A stretch of DNA of 63,510 nt, the filler included, from Octopus bimaculoides (taxonomy: Eukaryota), in assembly GCF_001194135.2 (NCBI RefSeq). It is 4 parts of 4 records of this genome, joined end to end, with 100 filler letters (N's around TTAATTAATTAA, not from the genome) between each part and the next. Parts side by side here need not be neighbours in the genome. Positions count along the whole stretch, not along the records: positions 36,961 to 60,261 come from NC_068991.1; 3 more parts are not named here. The stretch is one strand, 5' to 3'. How positions within the stretch are numbered: the stretch's first letter is position 1; each line of letters begins with the position of its first letter. Positions 39,229 to 51,232 of the stretch are shown here, one piece after another. The notes under the pieces were generated by a model, which had not been told where the DNA came from, ran no database searches, and worked only from the letters and a program-made list of their open reading frames with translations. The position numbers were made by a program, and so were the translations under genes.

Positions 39229-39650
39229 GTATGGTGAAGCAAAGTTATAGGCCGCAAAACGAAGCTTTTCAAGATATTAGTCTGACCATTATTAACTCTA
39301 CGGATGTGAAAACTGGAAATTTGCAAAAATGGAAGTAAAAAAACAATGGACAGCTTCCGTTTCAGATGTTCAAGGAGAATACTCGACATCAAGTGGCTGC
39401 AAAGAGTTCGAAATAACACATTTGAAACGACAGCGGGCATCAATAGAATCAGTGGTGAAATAAGACGCTGGAACTGGATCGGACACGTCCTCTGACAAGA
39501 TCGAGAAAGCGATTGTACGGTGGCACTAAAGTGACAGGCTGAAGAGGAAAAGATCAGCAGGGCGCTCTAAAACCACTTGTAGAAAACAGAGCTGGTTGGA
39601 GAGATCGTGTTATTATTAAGCCTCGTGTGCCTTATCGCTCAGAGCGAACT
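39229..39650 (+). mobile_element. RTE-clade LINE ORF C-terminal fragment, copy 2
   Basis: LYGCENWK...MDSFRFRCSRRILDIKWLQRVRN...IRRWNWIGHVL*QDRESDCTVALK*; ends near GCCTCGTGTGCC (ALCA-like). Confidence 0.85.
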
Positions 39651-39709
39651 ATCTCACCCTAATAGAAGGCTAAGAGCAAATTCATCCACAATGATACTAC
39701 ACCCACTAG

Positions 39710-40060
39710 TATACAAGTCACGCTTTTAGTATACTATAGCAACCAGCTACACTCTTTGATAATGAATGACTATATCGTTAGAAAAAATTCATATATCAGA
39801 ATACAAGCTTTACCACACGTAACCATAAACGCATTGTTAAAGTGTATTATATTTACACCAGGATGCAAAATCTCTTCAACATTAAACAAATCGGCTAACC
39901 ACAAAATGTAGCTCAGACTACTGATGTAATATAAAAATTTCAGTGTAAACCTGAAAGTTGTAAACTTCCCGATTCAAACTGTTACATTGGACATACAAGT
40001 ACAACACTTTATCGACAGTTTACCATGCATTGACAAGGAATAATTTCAGCTTATACAAAA
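39710..40060 (+). mobile_element. Penelope-like element GIY-YIG endonuclease fragment
   Basis: From 39923: DVI*KFQCKPESCKLPDSNCYIGHTSTTLYRQFTMH (cf. VIY.F.C...YIG.T.TTL.RRLT.H). YYSNQLHS upstream. Confidence 0.7.
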
Positions 40061-40889
40061 TAATATCGGATAGAAAGACACTAGTTGACAGCGTTACAGT
40101 TTTATATAGAATTCTACAAAAAGTTAGAATGCTATGGGAGTTTTACATATATGCAAGATACAAACTTAAGCAGACACGCATTACACGTCGTGTGTGATGG
40201 TGTCATGAAATCTGCCATGATCTACTGTCACATAATTTTAAACCGATGATGGCGTAATCAGTTTTCCAGTTATTCCCAAGACATTTTGTGATTCACCACA
40301 GAATTCACGGACAACATGTTAAAATAGTGTAATTTGAAAATTAGGTTGTAAAACATCAGACTTAGGGATTTAAAAACGATATTGTTCCAAACTAAATATA
40401 AAGAATTTATGAGGGAAATAAGAAAAATCCTCACTATACATATGTACGCCTGTGTTTACGTGCTCATATATACGCATGTGTACATGTGCTTGTGTCTGTT
40501 TCGATAATCTATAGTTAGGAAGAAGAGCCACGTTTTATTTTTGTCATTGTGATTATATCAAAGATAGAACATTTCAATACTGGCAATGATGTTTTTCTTG
40601 TGGTTACTGCTTCATATCCAGGAGTATATCTTTTAAAATGTTCTGCATCACTAATTGTTCGACCTACAGTTTCATTAAAGTTGCTCTACTCATACATTAT
40701 GGTTATAAACCCTTTAGTTTATATATCCGTTTCAGTTGTTCTACTCTTATTATATATTCCTTCTTGGTTTATCTTACCTTGATTGTAAACCTTTTTGGAT
40801 TGTTCTACTCAGCTTTTAGACCTTGGATTGCCTTACTCTTGGTGCCCTACTACTTTGGATTTCTCTGATCTAGTTTTAATTTTTTTTGT

Positions 40890-41172
40890 CGCCCTTTCAA
40901 AGCCTAGCCAGGCTCATGGGCCCGGTTTTCCGGTTTCTATGGCGTATATTCCCCCCCCCCCTCCGCTGGACGGGACGCCAGTCCATCGCAACGTTACTCA
41001 AGAAACAGGAAGAAAGATTGAGAGAAAGTTGGGGCGAAAAAATACAACAGGGGTCGCCACCACCCCCTGCCGGAGCCTCGTGGAGCTAAGGTGTTTCGCT
41101 CAATAAACACACAACGCCCGGTCTGGGAATCGAAACCGCGATCCTCTAACCACTGGGCCATTGCGCCTCCAC
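40890..41172 (-). mobile_element. SINE family C, long variant, with 10-bp TSD
   Basis: Reverse complement of the 31121 copy; AGTTTTAATT at 40872-40881 and 41173-41182. Confidence 0.9.
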
Positions 41173-41189
41173 AGTTTTAATTCCCTATG

Positions 41190-41560
41190 ATTTAAGGTAT
41201 TTCAGCTGTGATGATCCCTTATGTCTAGAGAACTCTGTTTCGTGTTATTCTACATGCCCTTTTAAAGCTAGTAGGTTGTGATTTGAGTGTGAGTTAGCTG
41301 TCATTTATAGCAGATGGAATGATCATATAGAGGCTCACTAGTTGACTCATCTACCCTGTTTATGAACATCTGGGGCTGCTGGAACCTCTTCGAGGTCGTT
41401 CGGACCTACAATAAAAACACAACCAAATCTTCCTCAAATCACAGAATATACCATCTCAAAAAAAAAAAAAAAAGACACTTGTTAGTGTAGTCATAATTAC
41501 AGAATAGTTATACAGGAAGTTAAGATAGTCACGGCTGGAATGCCTTCAGTAACAGGTCAC
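41190..41560. mobile_element. Family D: imperfect fold-back element (inverted arms about 41190-41335 and 41385-41560)
   Basis: AAGGTATTTCAGCTGTGATGATC...TGTGATTTGAG is mirrored by CTCAAATCACA...GATAGTCACGGCTGGAATGCCTT. Confidence 0.65.
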
Positions 41561-42090
41561 CTTAATTGGAGCATCAGAAGCTAAATTCTCAGCGCACTCT
41601 ACCGTAGTTATGAACCTTTTGAAAGAACTTCTTCATAATTGCCGATCGAACTGCTAGGTAAAGCCGCAAGACTACCTCACATTATATCCCCCATCGAATA
41701 CTTTAATTCTAAAAATATGCTTGAACAAAAGACGGAATAGTTGAGACTGGAATGTTTTATATTGTGTATAGTCTGTTAAAGTTGACTTCGAGCCAACGAC
41801 CGAGTATAGCCTAATTTTGCTGAACATGCTTTCAAGTACATGTATGTTATATTTTCCTTGTTTAAAAACACATTGATTTCCAGATCTTGGCTCGATCCAC
41901 AATTCTTCGGTTTATGTTATCCTCAAAGTAATGTAATTCCGAACATTCAGCATAAAGGTTGTTTTAGTCCACTCTGTATCCGTCTCAATTGCGCAGGCAT
42001 AGGATCGGTGTTACAATCCCGTCGTAATTTTTCAAGCATAGTGTCCAATGTGGTCTTCTTTTTTTTTTCCAGACAGTATATTGTGAAAAG

Positions 42091-42327
42091 TGGAGGCGCG
42101 TGGCTTAGTGGTCAAGGAGTCGGCATCAGGATCGCAAGATTGTGGTTTCGATTCCTGGACCGGGCGACGCGTTGTGTTCTTGAGCAAAACACTTCATTTC
42201 ACTGGCAAAAGAGTTACGCTGCGATGGATTGGCGTCCCGTCCAGCTGGGGAACACATACGCCACTGAAACCGGGAAACCGGGCCCATGAGCCTGGTTAGG
42301 CTTTAAAAGGGCGCATATATTTTTTTT
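42091..42327 (+). mobile_element. SINE family C, short variant, with 14-bp TSD
   Basis: A box TGGCTTAGTGG, B box GGTTTCGATTCC, V-like core. TATATTGTGAAAAG at 42077-42090 and 42328-42341. Confidence 0.9.
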
Positions 42328-42984
42328 TATATTGTGAAAAGGATGAAATAACGGTGTTATTTCTTGCAAGTTGATTGACCGAAAAGTGTTGAATCAACCT
42401 CCCGTAACAAACGATTTGACAACTAGTTTTCTCTCCTAAGAACTCTAATCGTTTTTGTCTTAAGTTTACTTTTGATGCGAACTCGTGTATTAAAACATTT
42501 TGTTGCCGACAACACTCGCGCACAAGTTCTTTCATTTTATTATTAATTTGTCAATTGGTTAACTATTTAACCAGTAAACTAATCGATTGTTTGATTAACC
42601 GCTCGGTTATTCAATCAATCAGGTTCGTCAAAAGTCATTTCGTGCCATTTGCGACCTCACCAATGGCATGCTCTTCACTACACTAGGTCTGCTCCCGTGT
42701 CTGTCTTTAGTTCGTATTATTGGCACAAGAACCGCCCCGAGATACGACAGACAATCTTGTACGAATTACTTTGAACAGGAGTTACAATTTCTAAATGATA
42801 TTGTACAACCTTACTAGCCAGAGATTTGCAAGAGGTCTTTATACGGCTTGGTTACATTCTCCTGTATTAGCAGTGGTGATGGGTGGATTGTTGCATCACA
42901 GTACGGACAGGCACTTGTTGAATCTGATTGATTTGGTGGGTAAATATGACGTAGCGAAGGGGACGGGACGTTCACGTTGTGTGT

Positions 42985-43135
42985 ATGGTTTCGGTCCCAC
43001 TGCGTGGAACCTTGGGCAAGTGTCTATAGCTCGGGGCCGACCAACGCTTTGTAAGTGGAGGTGGTAGATGGAAACTGAAAGAAAACCATCATATACATAT
43101 TTATATGTATATGTATTACGCGCACGTTTATGTAT
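42985..43135 (+). mobile_element. SINE family A 5' fragment
   Basis: GGTCCCACTGCGTGGAACCTTGGGCAAGTGTC...GGTAGATGGAAACTGAAAGAA. Confidence 0.75.
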
Positions 43136-43429
43136 ACACGTGAGAAAAAGTACTCGTTGCATGTAGAGCTTATTTGTTCGTTCTAAGAACTTTCAGGTAC
43201 AAAACTTTATTTGATTCTTCATATCCTTGAGACTTGTTAGGAAGTTAAATTTTCTATGGCCTTCCTTGAGAGTAATGGCAGCAATGTTCGATTTACTTAT
43301 ATATTTATACCTTGCCAAAGAAGAGAGCGAGAGGGAGATTGATTAAGTTAAATGAGATTTGTTTTAGGCGCTAGATATAAAGGTATTTCCAAAAGAATGA
43401 AAATTAAAACCGCAAACTTTATATGAAAA

Positions 43430-43600
43430 TTGCAGCCAACTCGTCTTCAAATCACATTCAAATGAATCTTCCTTAAAAAGTGAAGGATACATCTCATACT
43501 GTAGTCCTAGAAACACTATGTCTGGAAGTAAGATGAGATAGTCACGGCTGGAGCATCTTTGATCATTATTGTTTGCTCAGACAGATCAGAGCTGATCTGA
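43430..43600 (+). mobile_element. Family D arm
   Basis: GCAGCCAACTCGTCTTCAAATCACA...GATAGTCACGGCTGGAGCATCTTTGATC. Confidence 0.65.
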
Positions 43601-43869
43601 TACTAGACATTGACCATTTTAAAATTCATTCTACAACGATCACATCCGGTTGCTATTGTTTTGGATCTTAATTTTGAAGCATTGGAAATTCTATAATAAG
43701 GAGAACTTATTTCGATCTGATGATATTTGCATCGACTCGATGATATATATCTCAGTAGTAAAGAGAGTGGAGGCCAGATAAATTGTCTAATCGATAATCT
43801 GAGAGATCATGTAAACATTTTTATAGATCTTTTTCATCTCACCGATTTTATATTTGTTGTTGCTGTTGT

Positions 43870-44035
43870 TTGACCCTAATCGAGTTGACCAGTGATCGAA
43901 GACATTTCAGTCGTGACTCTTCCGTCTTTTTTGTATAACAGAGATTACATTGTCCAGTGTGTTCTTCCTTTCTTACGATTTGAGGCCTTTATGGTTATTT
44001 CTAGTAGGTCGAGCTACAATATATTCCCTCATTAG
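43870..44035 (-). mobile_element. Family D arm
   Basis: GATCGAAGACATTTCAGTCGTGAC...GGTTATTTCTAGTAGGTCGAGC. Confidence 0.6.
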
Positions 44036-44110
44036 CTCAAAGGGATTTATTATTGATTCAATGGATAGAGAATATTGACAATTGTACTCTCCGCCACCCA
44101 GTTTACTAAT

Positions 44111-44362
44111 CCTTTCTATTATAGGCACAGGGCTTGCAATTTTTTTTTTTTTTTTGCGGGGGCTAGTCGATTACATCGATTACATCGATTCCGTTACTCA
44201 ACTTATTTCATCGATCCCGGTGCTCAACTGGTGCACATTTCATCGACTTTCTAAAAGGCAAAGTCGACTTCGACGAAATTTAAACTCAGAACGTAAAGGC
44301 GGGACGAAATGCCGCTAAGTATTTTGTCCGGCATGCTAACGATTTTGCCAAGATCTTCGCCT
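44111..44362 (-). mobile_element. SINE family B, tail type iii, with internal micro-duplications
   Basis: Reverse-complement head and core; CGATTACAT occurs twice and the ATCGA...CTCAACT block is duplicated. Confidence 0.85.
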
Positions 44363-44379
44363 TCGTCAAAGTTTAATAA

Positions 44380-44795
44380 TACGAGGTGTTAAAAAAAAGT
44401 CTCTCCGCAGTGAATTTTTCGGGTGAACGGATTATTTCGAAGGGACTTTGGCCACCAAGAATCACCTGATTTAACACTGCCAGATTTTTTTTTTTCTGGG
44501 GAGCAAGTAAAGGATCAGTGTACAAGAATCGCCCCAAAAACCATTAATGAGCTAAAAGACGCAATCATAAAACCTTCACACGGTCCATACCGCATCAGAC
44601 TGTATTTCAAAGCATGTGTAGAAGAGTCAACTTATGTATTGAAAATGAAGGACGACACTTTCAACACCTCTCTCTTATAAAGCTTTTTGAAGTTTTGTAA
44701 AGTCTAATATATTCTTTTGTAGTCTTATTCCATCTTACAAATATTTGTTTTGCAATAAAATACTTACTGCGGAGAGACATTTCGAACACCTTGTA
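44380..44795 (+). mobile_element. Internally deleted Tc1/mariner-superfamily element retaining the transposase C-terminus
   Basis: TA-flanked TIRs TACGAGGTGTTAAAAAAAAGTCTCTCCGCAGT / ACTGCGGAGAGACATTTCGAACACCTTGTA. Frameshifted GERIISKGLWPPR/SPDLTLPDFFF/WG...QTVFQSMCRRVNLCIENEGRHFQHL. Confidence 0.9.
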
Positions 44796-45224
44796 CTATC
44801 GCCTGTAGGACCTTGGTGCTTTTATCGTTTGGACCAGATTGTCTTCGCTTAGTTTCCTCCACGTCTATGTTTTCTTGCAAGTGTTTGAGTTGAGTATTGA
44901 TCACACCAATTTTACCAGTGTAGGAAGGCTTGCAAAATTGGGTGCTATTTTACACTTCACCCAAGTTCATATTCTTTTCTTAATAAAAAGTAAAATAAAA
45001 CTGCTTATAATCACTCACGTAGTCAGATTATAATTAAAGAGGGCTTCAGGGAGGAAATAACAGACCATATTCTTACAAATGTAACGCAAACGAATCTAAA
45101 GGTATAATCTTCGTTGAAGTGACCGCGAATCTTAATGATTTCCGACTTTTGCACTAGTTCACTAATTTAATTAATATAGAGGTGTATTCGATTTAATTAA
45201 CCTAACGTGCTCAACTAATACTTT

Positions 45225-45340
45225 TATTGATACCGTAAGGATGAAAAGCAAAATCTTACTTTGGCAAGGTTTGAACTTGAACGTGAAATGACATAACTAT
45301 TTAGTATGGTGTTCCTCCGTTTCCGCCGTTCTTTGCTCTG
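45225..45340 (-). mobile_element. Old SINE family B fragment
   Basis: TAAGGATGAAAAGCAAAATC...TTTGAACTTGAACG. Confidence 0.45.
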
Positions 45341-45769
45341 CTAATAACAATGGTGTTTAGCTCCAGATCTAGGATCGAAGTTGTTCAAGATGTGACCACA
45401 CTGTTTTGTTTTTGAAACACGAGATGATTACGGTTTGAGCCCCGGCATACACATATACCTTTTCTTTTTAAGAAAGGAAGCGAGTGATTTGAAAGAGAGA
45501 GAGCTTAGGCGGTTTTTTGAATGTCGAGTGGCTGCAAAATGGCTCTGTGCGAAGACATGGTGGTGTATAACAGTGTGAGAGAGGTAACAATAAAGTAAGT
45601 TGGTCCTAAAAGATCTCGGCAAAGACCTTGTCCTGTTTGTACGACTGTCGATCGGGCGATCAGCGTAGTAATTACAAGTTTACTCAAACTGAAAGCTGAG
45701 CCTTAGCGATAGATAGTGTTGCTATTGGAAACTCAGTGCATCACTATCGTTAGCAGAACGCCTCATCTA

Positions 45770-45930
45770 CTTTAGGATCGAGTAAACCCTCTGAGCAAAA
45801 GAGTTCCAGTTGTGACTTATGCCGTCTTTTTTTAATTATCTAGTACAAGATAATCTATTGTTTTTTTTTAGATAGTTTGGTGAGATTTGGCTGCTATTTT
45901 TAGCAGGTTGAGCTATCAAGTTGTGTAGCT
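45770..45930 (-). mobile_element. Family D arm
   Basis: GAGTTCCAGTTGTGAC...GAGATTTGGCTGCTATTTTTAGCAGGTTGAGC. Confidence 0.65.
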
Positions 45931-46122
45931 GGTTGAATAGATTCCAGTGTATGGCTATTATTTTAATATCGAGTTGGCGGGAGTGGAAATCAAAAGTTAC
46001 TCGGTGAGATGTAACGTGAAAAGTTGTAAACTTAATGAACGTAATTGATGAATATTATTAATATATAAGCAATATAAACCTCGTCGTAATTTATTTCGTT
46101 TACTGGACGGTTCCATATTGTT

Positions 46123-46316
46123 TTCTAATTTTGACACAAGGTCAGCAATTTTTAGGAGGAAGGGGCTAGTCGCTTACATCGACCCCCTGTACTTGACTGG
46201 TCGACCCCGAAAGCCTGAAAAGCAAAATCAACCGCGGCGGAATTTGTACTTATAACGTAAAGTTGGAAGAAATTCCGCTAAGCATTTTGTCCGGCGCGGC
46301 AACGATTCTGCCAGTT
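46123..46316 (-). mobile_element. SINE family B, tail type ii
   Basis: Reverse-complement head, core and tail. Confidence 0.8.
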
Positions 46317-46807
46317 CTTGAACGGTTTTTTTTTTATTGACTCTATTAAAAGCCTCTCTCAGAGCTTCATCGAAATAGTTAAGGGAGTTTTAGGTAGGAA
46401 GACCTTCTGGCACTCACTATTTTTACTCTCGTATGAAGAGTTTCGATAACTAGTCAATCTATGAGTTATGTTTTCTTTAATAGCATTTGAACACTCGTGC
46501 TAGGAAAAATACCAGGTTGTTTTGGGAAAAAAGACTAATAGAATGGTAGGTAAATCGACAATCTTCAGCATTTTTTGTACGTTCTTTCTAATCTTGTTTC
46601 GGCATTCTCTGCACATTCTTTCGAATTTTGCGTCTTTAATTAATACACTTGTTAAATTGGGGGCGTGCTACAATTAAACTGACGAAATGTTTAAATGATT
46701 TTAAAACGAAAGAGAAAAAAGGAAAGACTTAGTACTTTAACTAAATATCGAGTTTTAAGAATATGTAGTTTTAAAATATTGATAAGTACATTAACGTGTA
46801 TTTGTGT

Positions 46808-47160
46808 GGGTTTTGGTCTCGGGTTCATTCCCGTTTCGCAGCACCTTGGGCAAGTGTCTTCCACTATTGCTCCGGGCTAAATAAAACCTTGTCAATTTGG
46901 TAGACAGAAAGTGAAAGAACCACACACACACACACACACACATACATACATACACACACATGTATGTGTGAGTGCATCCCACCGTCGCTTGCCATCCGAT
47001 GTTGGTTTGTTTACGTCATCGTAACTTAGCAGTTCGACAAAAACAATCGATCGTTCCAGTCTTAAAAATAAGTACTTGGGGCGATTTATTCGACTAAGCC
47101 CTTCAAGGTGGCAACCCCAGTATGGCCGCAATCCAAAGACTGAAACAAATAAAAGAAAAA
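46808..47160 (+). mobile_element. SINE family A, near full length
   Basis: GCACCTTGGGCAAGTGTCTT...(CA)n...CCCCAGTATGGCCGCA...GACTGAAACAAATAAAAG. Confidence 0.85.
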
Positions 47161-48006
47161 AAAATATACACAGCATACACATTCGGTTTGCATGCTATTT
47201 ATAGTATTTCCCCAAGTTGTATAAATTAATATGAGAACGAATTGAAGGGGAAAAAATAGCTAGATTACATACTTTTAGAATTCATAAGAAATGAAGTCCT
47301 TTTTGCTTCGAATTAAACTTTGGAACTGTGTACATGCATGTTAACGTGCATTAACCATCCAATCAACCCTTGCTACCAAATACAGTTGTTCCTCCTAGAT
47401 GACTAACAATTTTTGTGCTTCTTGATAGGAAAAGGGTCAATCTAGTTCCTTTTTTTAATTAGCAATGACTGAGTTTGCTACACCATTCTGTCTGTCTGTA
47501 TGTATGCATGTGTGTACAGTTTTATATATTTATTTTAGGCTAAAATAGAACGATCTGACATTTCGGTAATCACCAAGTGTTTATATAATATATATATATA
47601 TATATANNNNNNNNNNNNNNNNNNNNNNNNNNNNNNNNNNNNNNNNNNNNNNNNNNNNNNNNNNNNNNNNNNNNNNNNNNNNNNNNNNNNNNNNNNNNNN
47701 NNNNNNNNNNNNNNNNNNNNNNNNNNNNNNNNNNNNNNNNNNNNNNNNNNNNNNNNNNNNNNNNNNNNNNNNNNNNNNNNNNNNNNNNNNNNNNNNNNNN
47801 NNNNNNNNNNNNNNNNNNNNNNNNNNNNNNNNNNNNNNNNNNNNNNNNNNNNNNNNNNNNNNNNNNNNNNNNNNNNNNNNNNNNNNNNNNNNNNNNNNNN
47901 NNNNNNNNNNNNNNNNNNNNNNGTGAGTCGGGATCTTGCATTGAAATGCGCATAGGATATTAAGCAAGTTTTATTACTACAGGATTGCGTTATGACTCTT
48001 ATTTAA

Positions 48007-48041
<35 letters not shown>

Positions 48042-49994
48042 AGAGACACTCATACAAATACTTATGTGCATTTAACTTATCAACATCTGGCTTGTACTCT
48101 GCTGAAAAACACACACGCGCATTTATATATATTTTAAACATATGTTCAAATCACTTTAAGGAAAGCATCGACTAAAAAAGAACTCTGTAGAGTTTAAGAT
48201 ATATTTTTTTTAAAAAAAGTGACTTTAAAGTTGCCCCTGAAACAGGCTCTCTCACATTGTATGTACCATGTAAAAGGGGATATTTGCGACCAGATCGTAG
48301 TCGTACGATGGAAGACTTTGATACTGTTGTAAGTGCAGAAAAAGGAATAATTGTGTTATGACTCTCTGTCTGTCTGTCTTATATGTATGTGTGTTCGTCT
48401 TCTGTTTGACTCTCTTTTCTCAAAGATTTGTCTTCTTTCTTTCTCTCTCTCTCTCTCTCTCTCTTGTGTGTGTTCAGATTGTCTGTCTGTCTGTCTCTCT
48501 CTCTTCACACGCACATACTCAACTTCAGGTGGTTGTTGACGCCCTCAATCAGTCGGCATGCTGAAAAACACAGCAGACTGAATGTAGTAGTTTACTTTAC
48601 AATTTCGCTCACCACTCTCTCAGTTCCTCTTCGGAGAGAGATAGAGAGAGAGAAGTAAAGAGCTACAATTGATCTGACTTCCTTCCATGCTTTCAAGCAT
48701 CGAAGTAGTGTTAGGAAGACTTAGCCATTTCATTGTGTTTAACAGTGTATTTTTCTTGTTTTTGTCTTCTAAGCTCTAAGCTCTGCGCTTTCACTTTCTC
48801 TTTATCCATTTCAGATACATTTATCCAATCGACGTGTGTTTATTTATGTGTGTGTGTTAAATTTAAACAAATAATACATAAATACACAATTCAAGGAATT
48901 ACCCAAGAAAGCGATCCAATATTTTTCTATATTTCTGTATTCGGCAAAATTAGGCTATGGTTGCTTGCTGCTTTTCTCTCACTACTGTTCTGGCCTTGTG
49001 CCAATGTTGTAAACCATTTTCATCATCATCATCATCAGCAGCATCATCGTCATCATCATTTCTTATTAGTGTCGGACCAAACAGTGTTTAGTTTTTTTTT
49101 TTGTCGTGCTTATCTAATTGCTTCATAAATGCTTCTGGAGTCAATAAAACAAGTTTTAAAAAAATCCCCCCCCCCCTTTTTTTTACGGTCCCAGATCAAT
49201 CCTTCAAGAGAGCGCATTTTACGATCGGAGGCATTTAAGTCCTGACTATTTTAATCTTTCGTAGACGATAGGTCGTGATTTGATTGGAATTTGTCTGCTA
49301 TTTCTAGCCGGTCGAGCACCAACGCAAAAGCTCCCGCCCCCTCTCTTTTTGTCGCGTTCAGATAGTCTTGTATCGTCGGGGGATTTCAATGTCCTCTCTC
49401 TCTCTCTCGATAAACCTATAAAAATTGGCCTTCTGTTTGAAACAAACGAAATCGTCATCACAATCATCTTTATTATTTGTTGCTTTGTGACAATGTGAGA
49501 GAAATCAATACCCTTTATTATCATCATCATCATCATCATCTCTGTTACATCCCACCCACCCCGATTCCATTCATATTCCAGTGGAAAATATGTGTGCAAG
49601 TGACAGTATTGTCACCTTGAAACAAGGTTCGTTTTAACTCATTGTTAGGATTGCACGATGAAAGCATTTCTATTTTACCACGGCCTTCGTTGAATTCACA
49701 AGCGAGCGAGCAAACTGTTCTTCTTCCTCTTCCACCCTACCTTAACCTCCCCCCACCTCTACTGTAAAACCAAGTGGTCTCGAGAGTCGTGGAGAGGTGG
49801 AGGGTAGAATTCGAGAGGTAGTCAGTGTATGTATGTATGTATGTATCCATCCATCTATCTTCTGTCCAGCCTGCGCTTTGACCTCTCGCCACTTCCACAA
49901 CGGTTTCCAGTTCAGCAACTGAAGTAATTTCCTATTTGGAATCGAAACTTAAATGTTGGATTTACTACTGTAAGAAGGAAGTCCCCCACCTATA

Positions 49995-50165
49995 TGCGCG
50001 CTTGTTCGATCTGCTAGAAACAGCAGCTAAATCTTCCTCGTATCACAAGCTTCTACCGACATAAAAGGGGTGGGGAAGGATATACCTTAGATAAAGTGTT
50101 GGATTGGTCACTGTTGGAATGTCGTTATTATTGGTAGGTTAGGGTTCATAAAGGCCGAAGAACTA
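49995..50165 (+). mobile_element. Family D arm
   Basis: GCTTGTTCGATCTGCTAGAAACAGCAGCTAAATCTTCCTCG...GGTCACTGTTGGAATGTC. Confidence 0.6.
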
Positions 50166-50484
50166 GTTTATTACAATAATAGTTATTTCGAACGTGTGTG
50201 CACAAGTCCACCAATTTTGGTGCAGGTTATAGTTGTTCATTATATGGATGCCCTGTACTTCTCGACTGTTAAGTACTTATTTTATCGACTTCGACAGTAT
50301 ATTGCACTAAGAATAGTAAGGGACGTAACTAAATAACACAAGGTAGTCTGCCCGATGCTCTACTGAGTCTGCTATTAAAGTGTGTGTGAGGAATAGTCGA
50401 TTACAGTGACCTTAGCACTTGACTGGTACAACGCTTTCGACAGTGGTTTAGTGGCGAATCTATTTCGATAGCAGACATGAATTG

Positions 50485-50522
<38 letters not shown>

Positions 50523-50939
50523 GTATGTGTGTGTTTGTATATGTATGTATATATATATTTTTTATGTGGAAAGGTTAAACGAACTCGCCAGCCGAGATTC
50601 AGAAGTCGTGTATGTACTTTACGGATTTCGCTGTGAAGTTCATGCCTTTCCAAAAGACATAAGATGCACGAATTAGCAAAATGCGATTTTATCTTGCGAT
50701 GGCGAATCGAAAATTGGGTCGCGAAATATGGCGCTTGCTATGATGATGATGATGATGGTGATGATGTATATGGATTCTGCCGACTTTCTCAATCCAGCCA
50801 GAAAGAAAGAAAGAATTTGCTTTTCTCATAGAAATTACTGTTTCTGTTTTATATTTTCCGTGTGCACTGTAACGAAAGCAAGACGGACAAATAAACGCAT
50901 GGAAGAGGCAGAAATGGCAGACACGGTGGTCGTTGTTAC

Positions 50940-50970
<31 letters not shown>

Positions 50971-51199
50971 TAGTGTTAATATTTACTGCTACTAAAACGA
51001 GAAAGAAGAAAAAAAAAACACGCACACTTGCTTTGTAAACAGAATGAGAGAGAGAGAGAGGAATAATTTATGCTGCACACGCTTTTCTGTACATTGTGTG
51101 TGTGTGTGGTTGTTACTGCTACTACCACATGCAGAATTGGCTGTGAGAGTTGTTGGCAAAGCTTCCTGTCCCCCCCATCTCTTCTCTATAACATATATA

Positions 51200-51232
<33 letters not shown>

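Noticed and set aside
40549-40868. Hydrophobic ORFs suggesting a membrane protein exon
   Set aside because: T-rich composition bias, overlapping short ORFs, no splice or homology support.
48309-48330. TGGAAGACTTTGATACTGTTGT resembles miR-7 (same seed); also reads ATG GAA GAC TTT GAT ACT GTT|GTAAGT like a mini-exon
   Set aside because: No complementary arm on either side, so no pre-miRNA hairpin. No polypyrimidine acceptor or partner exon.
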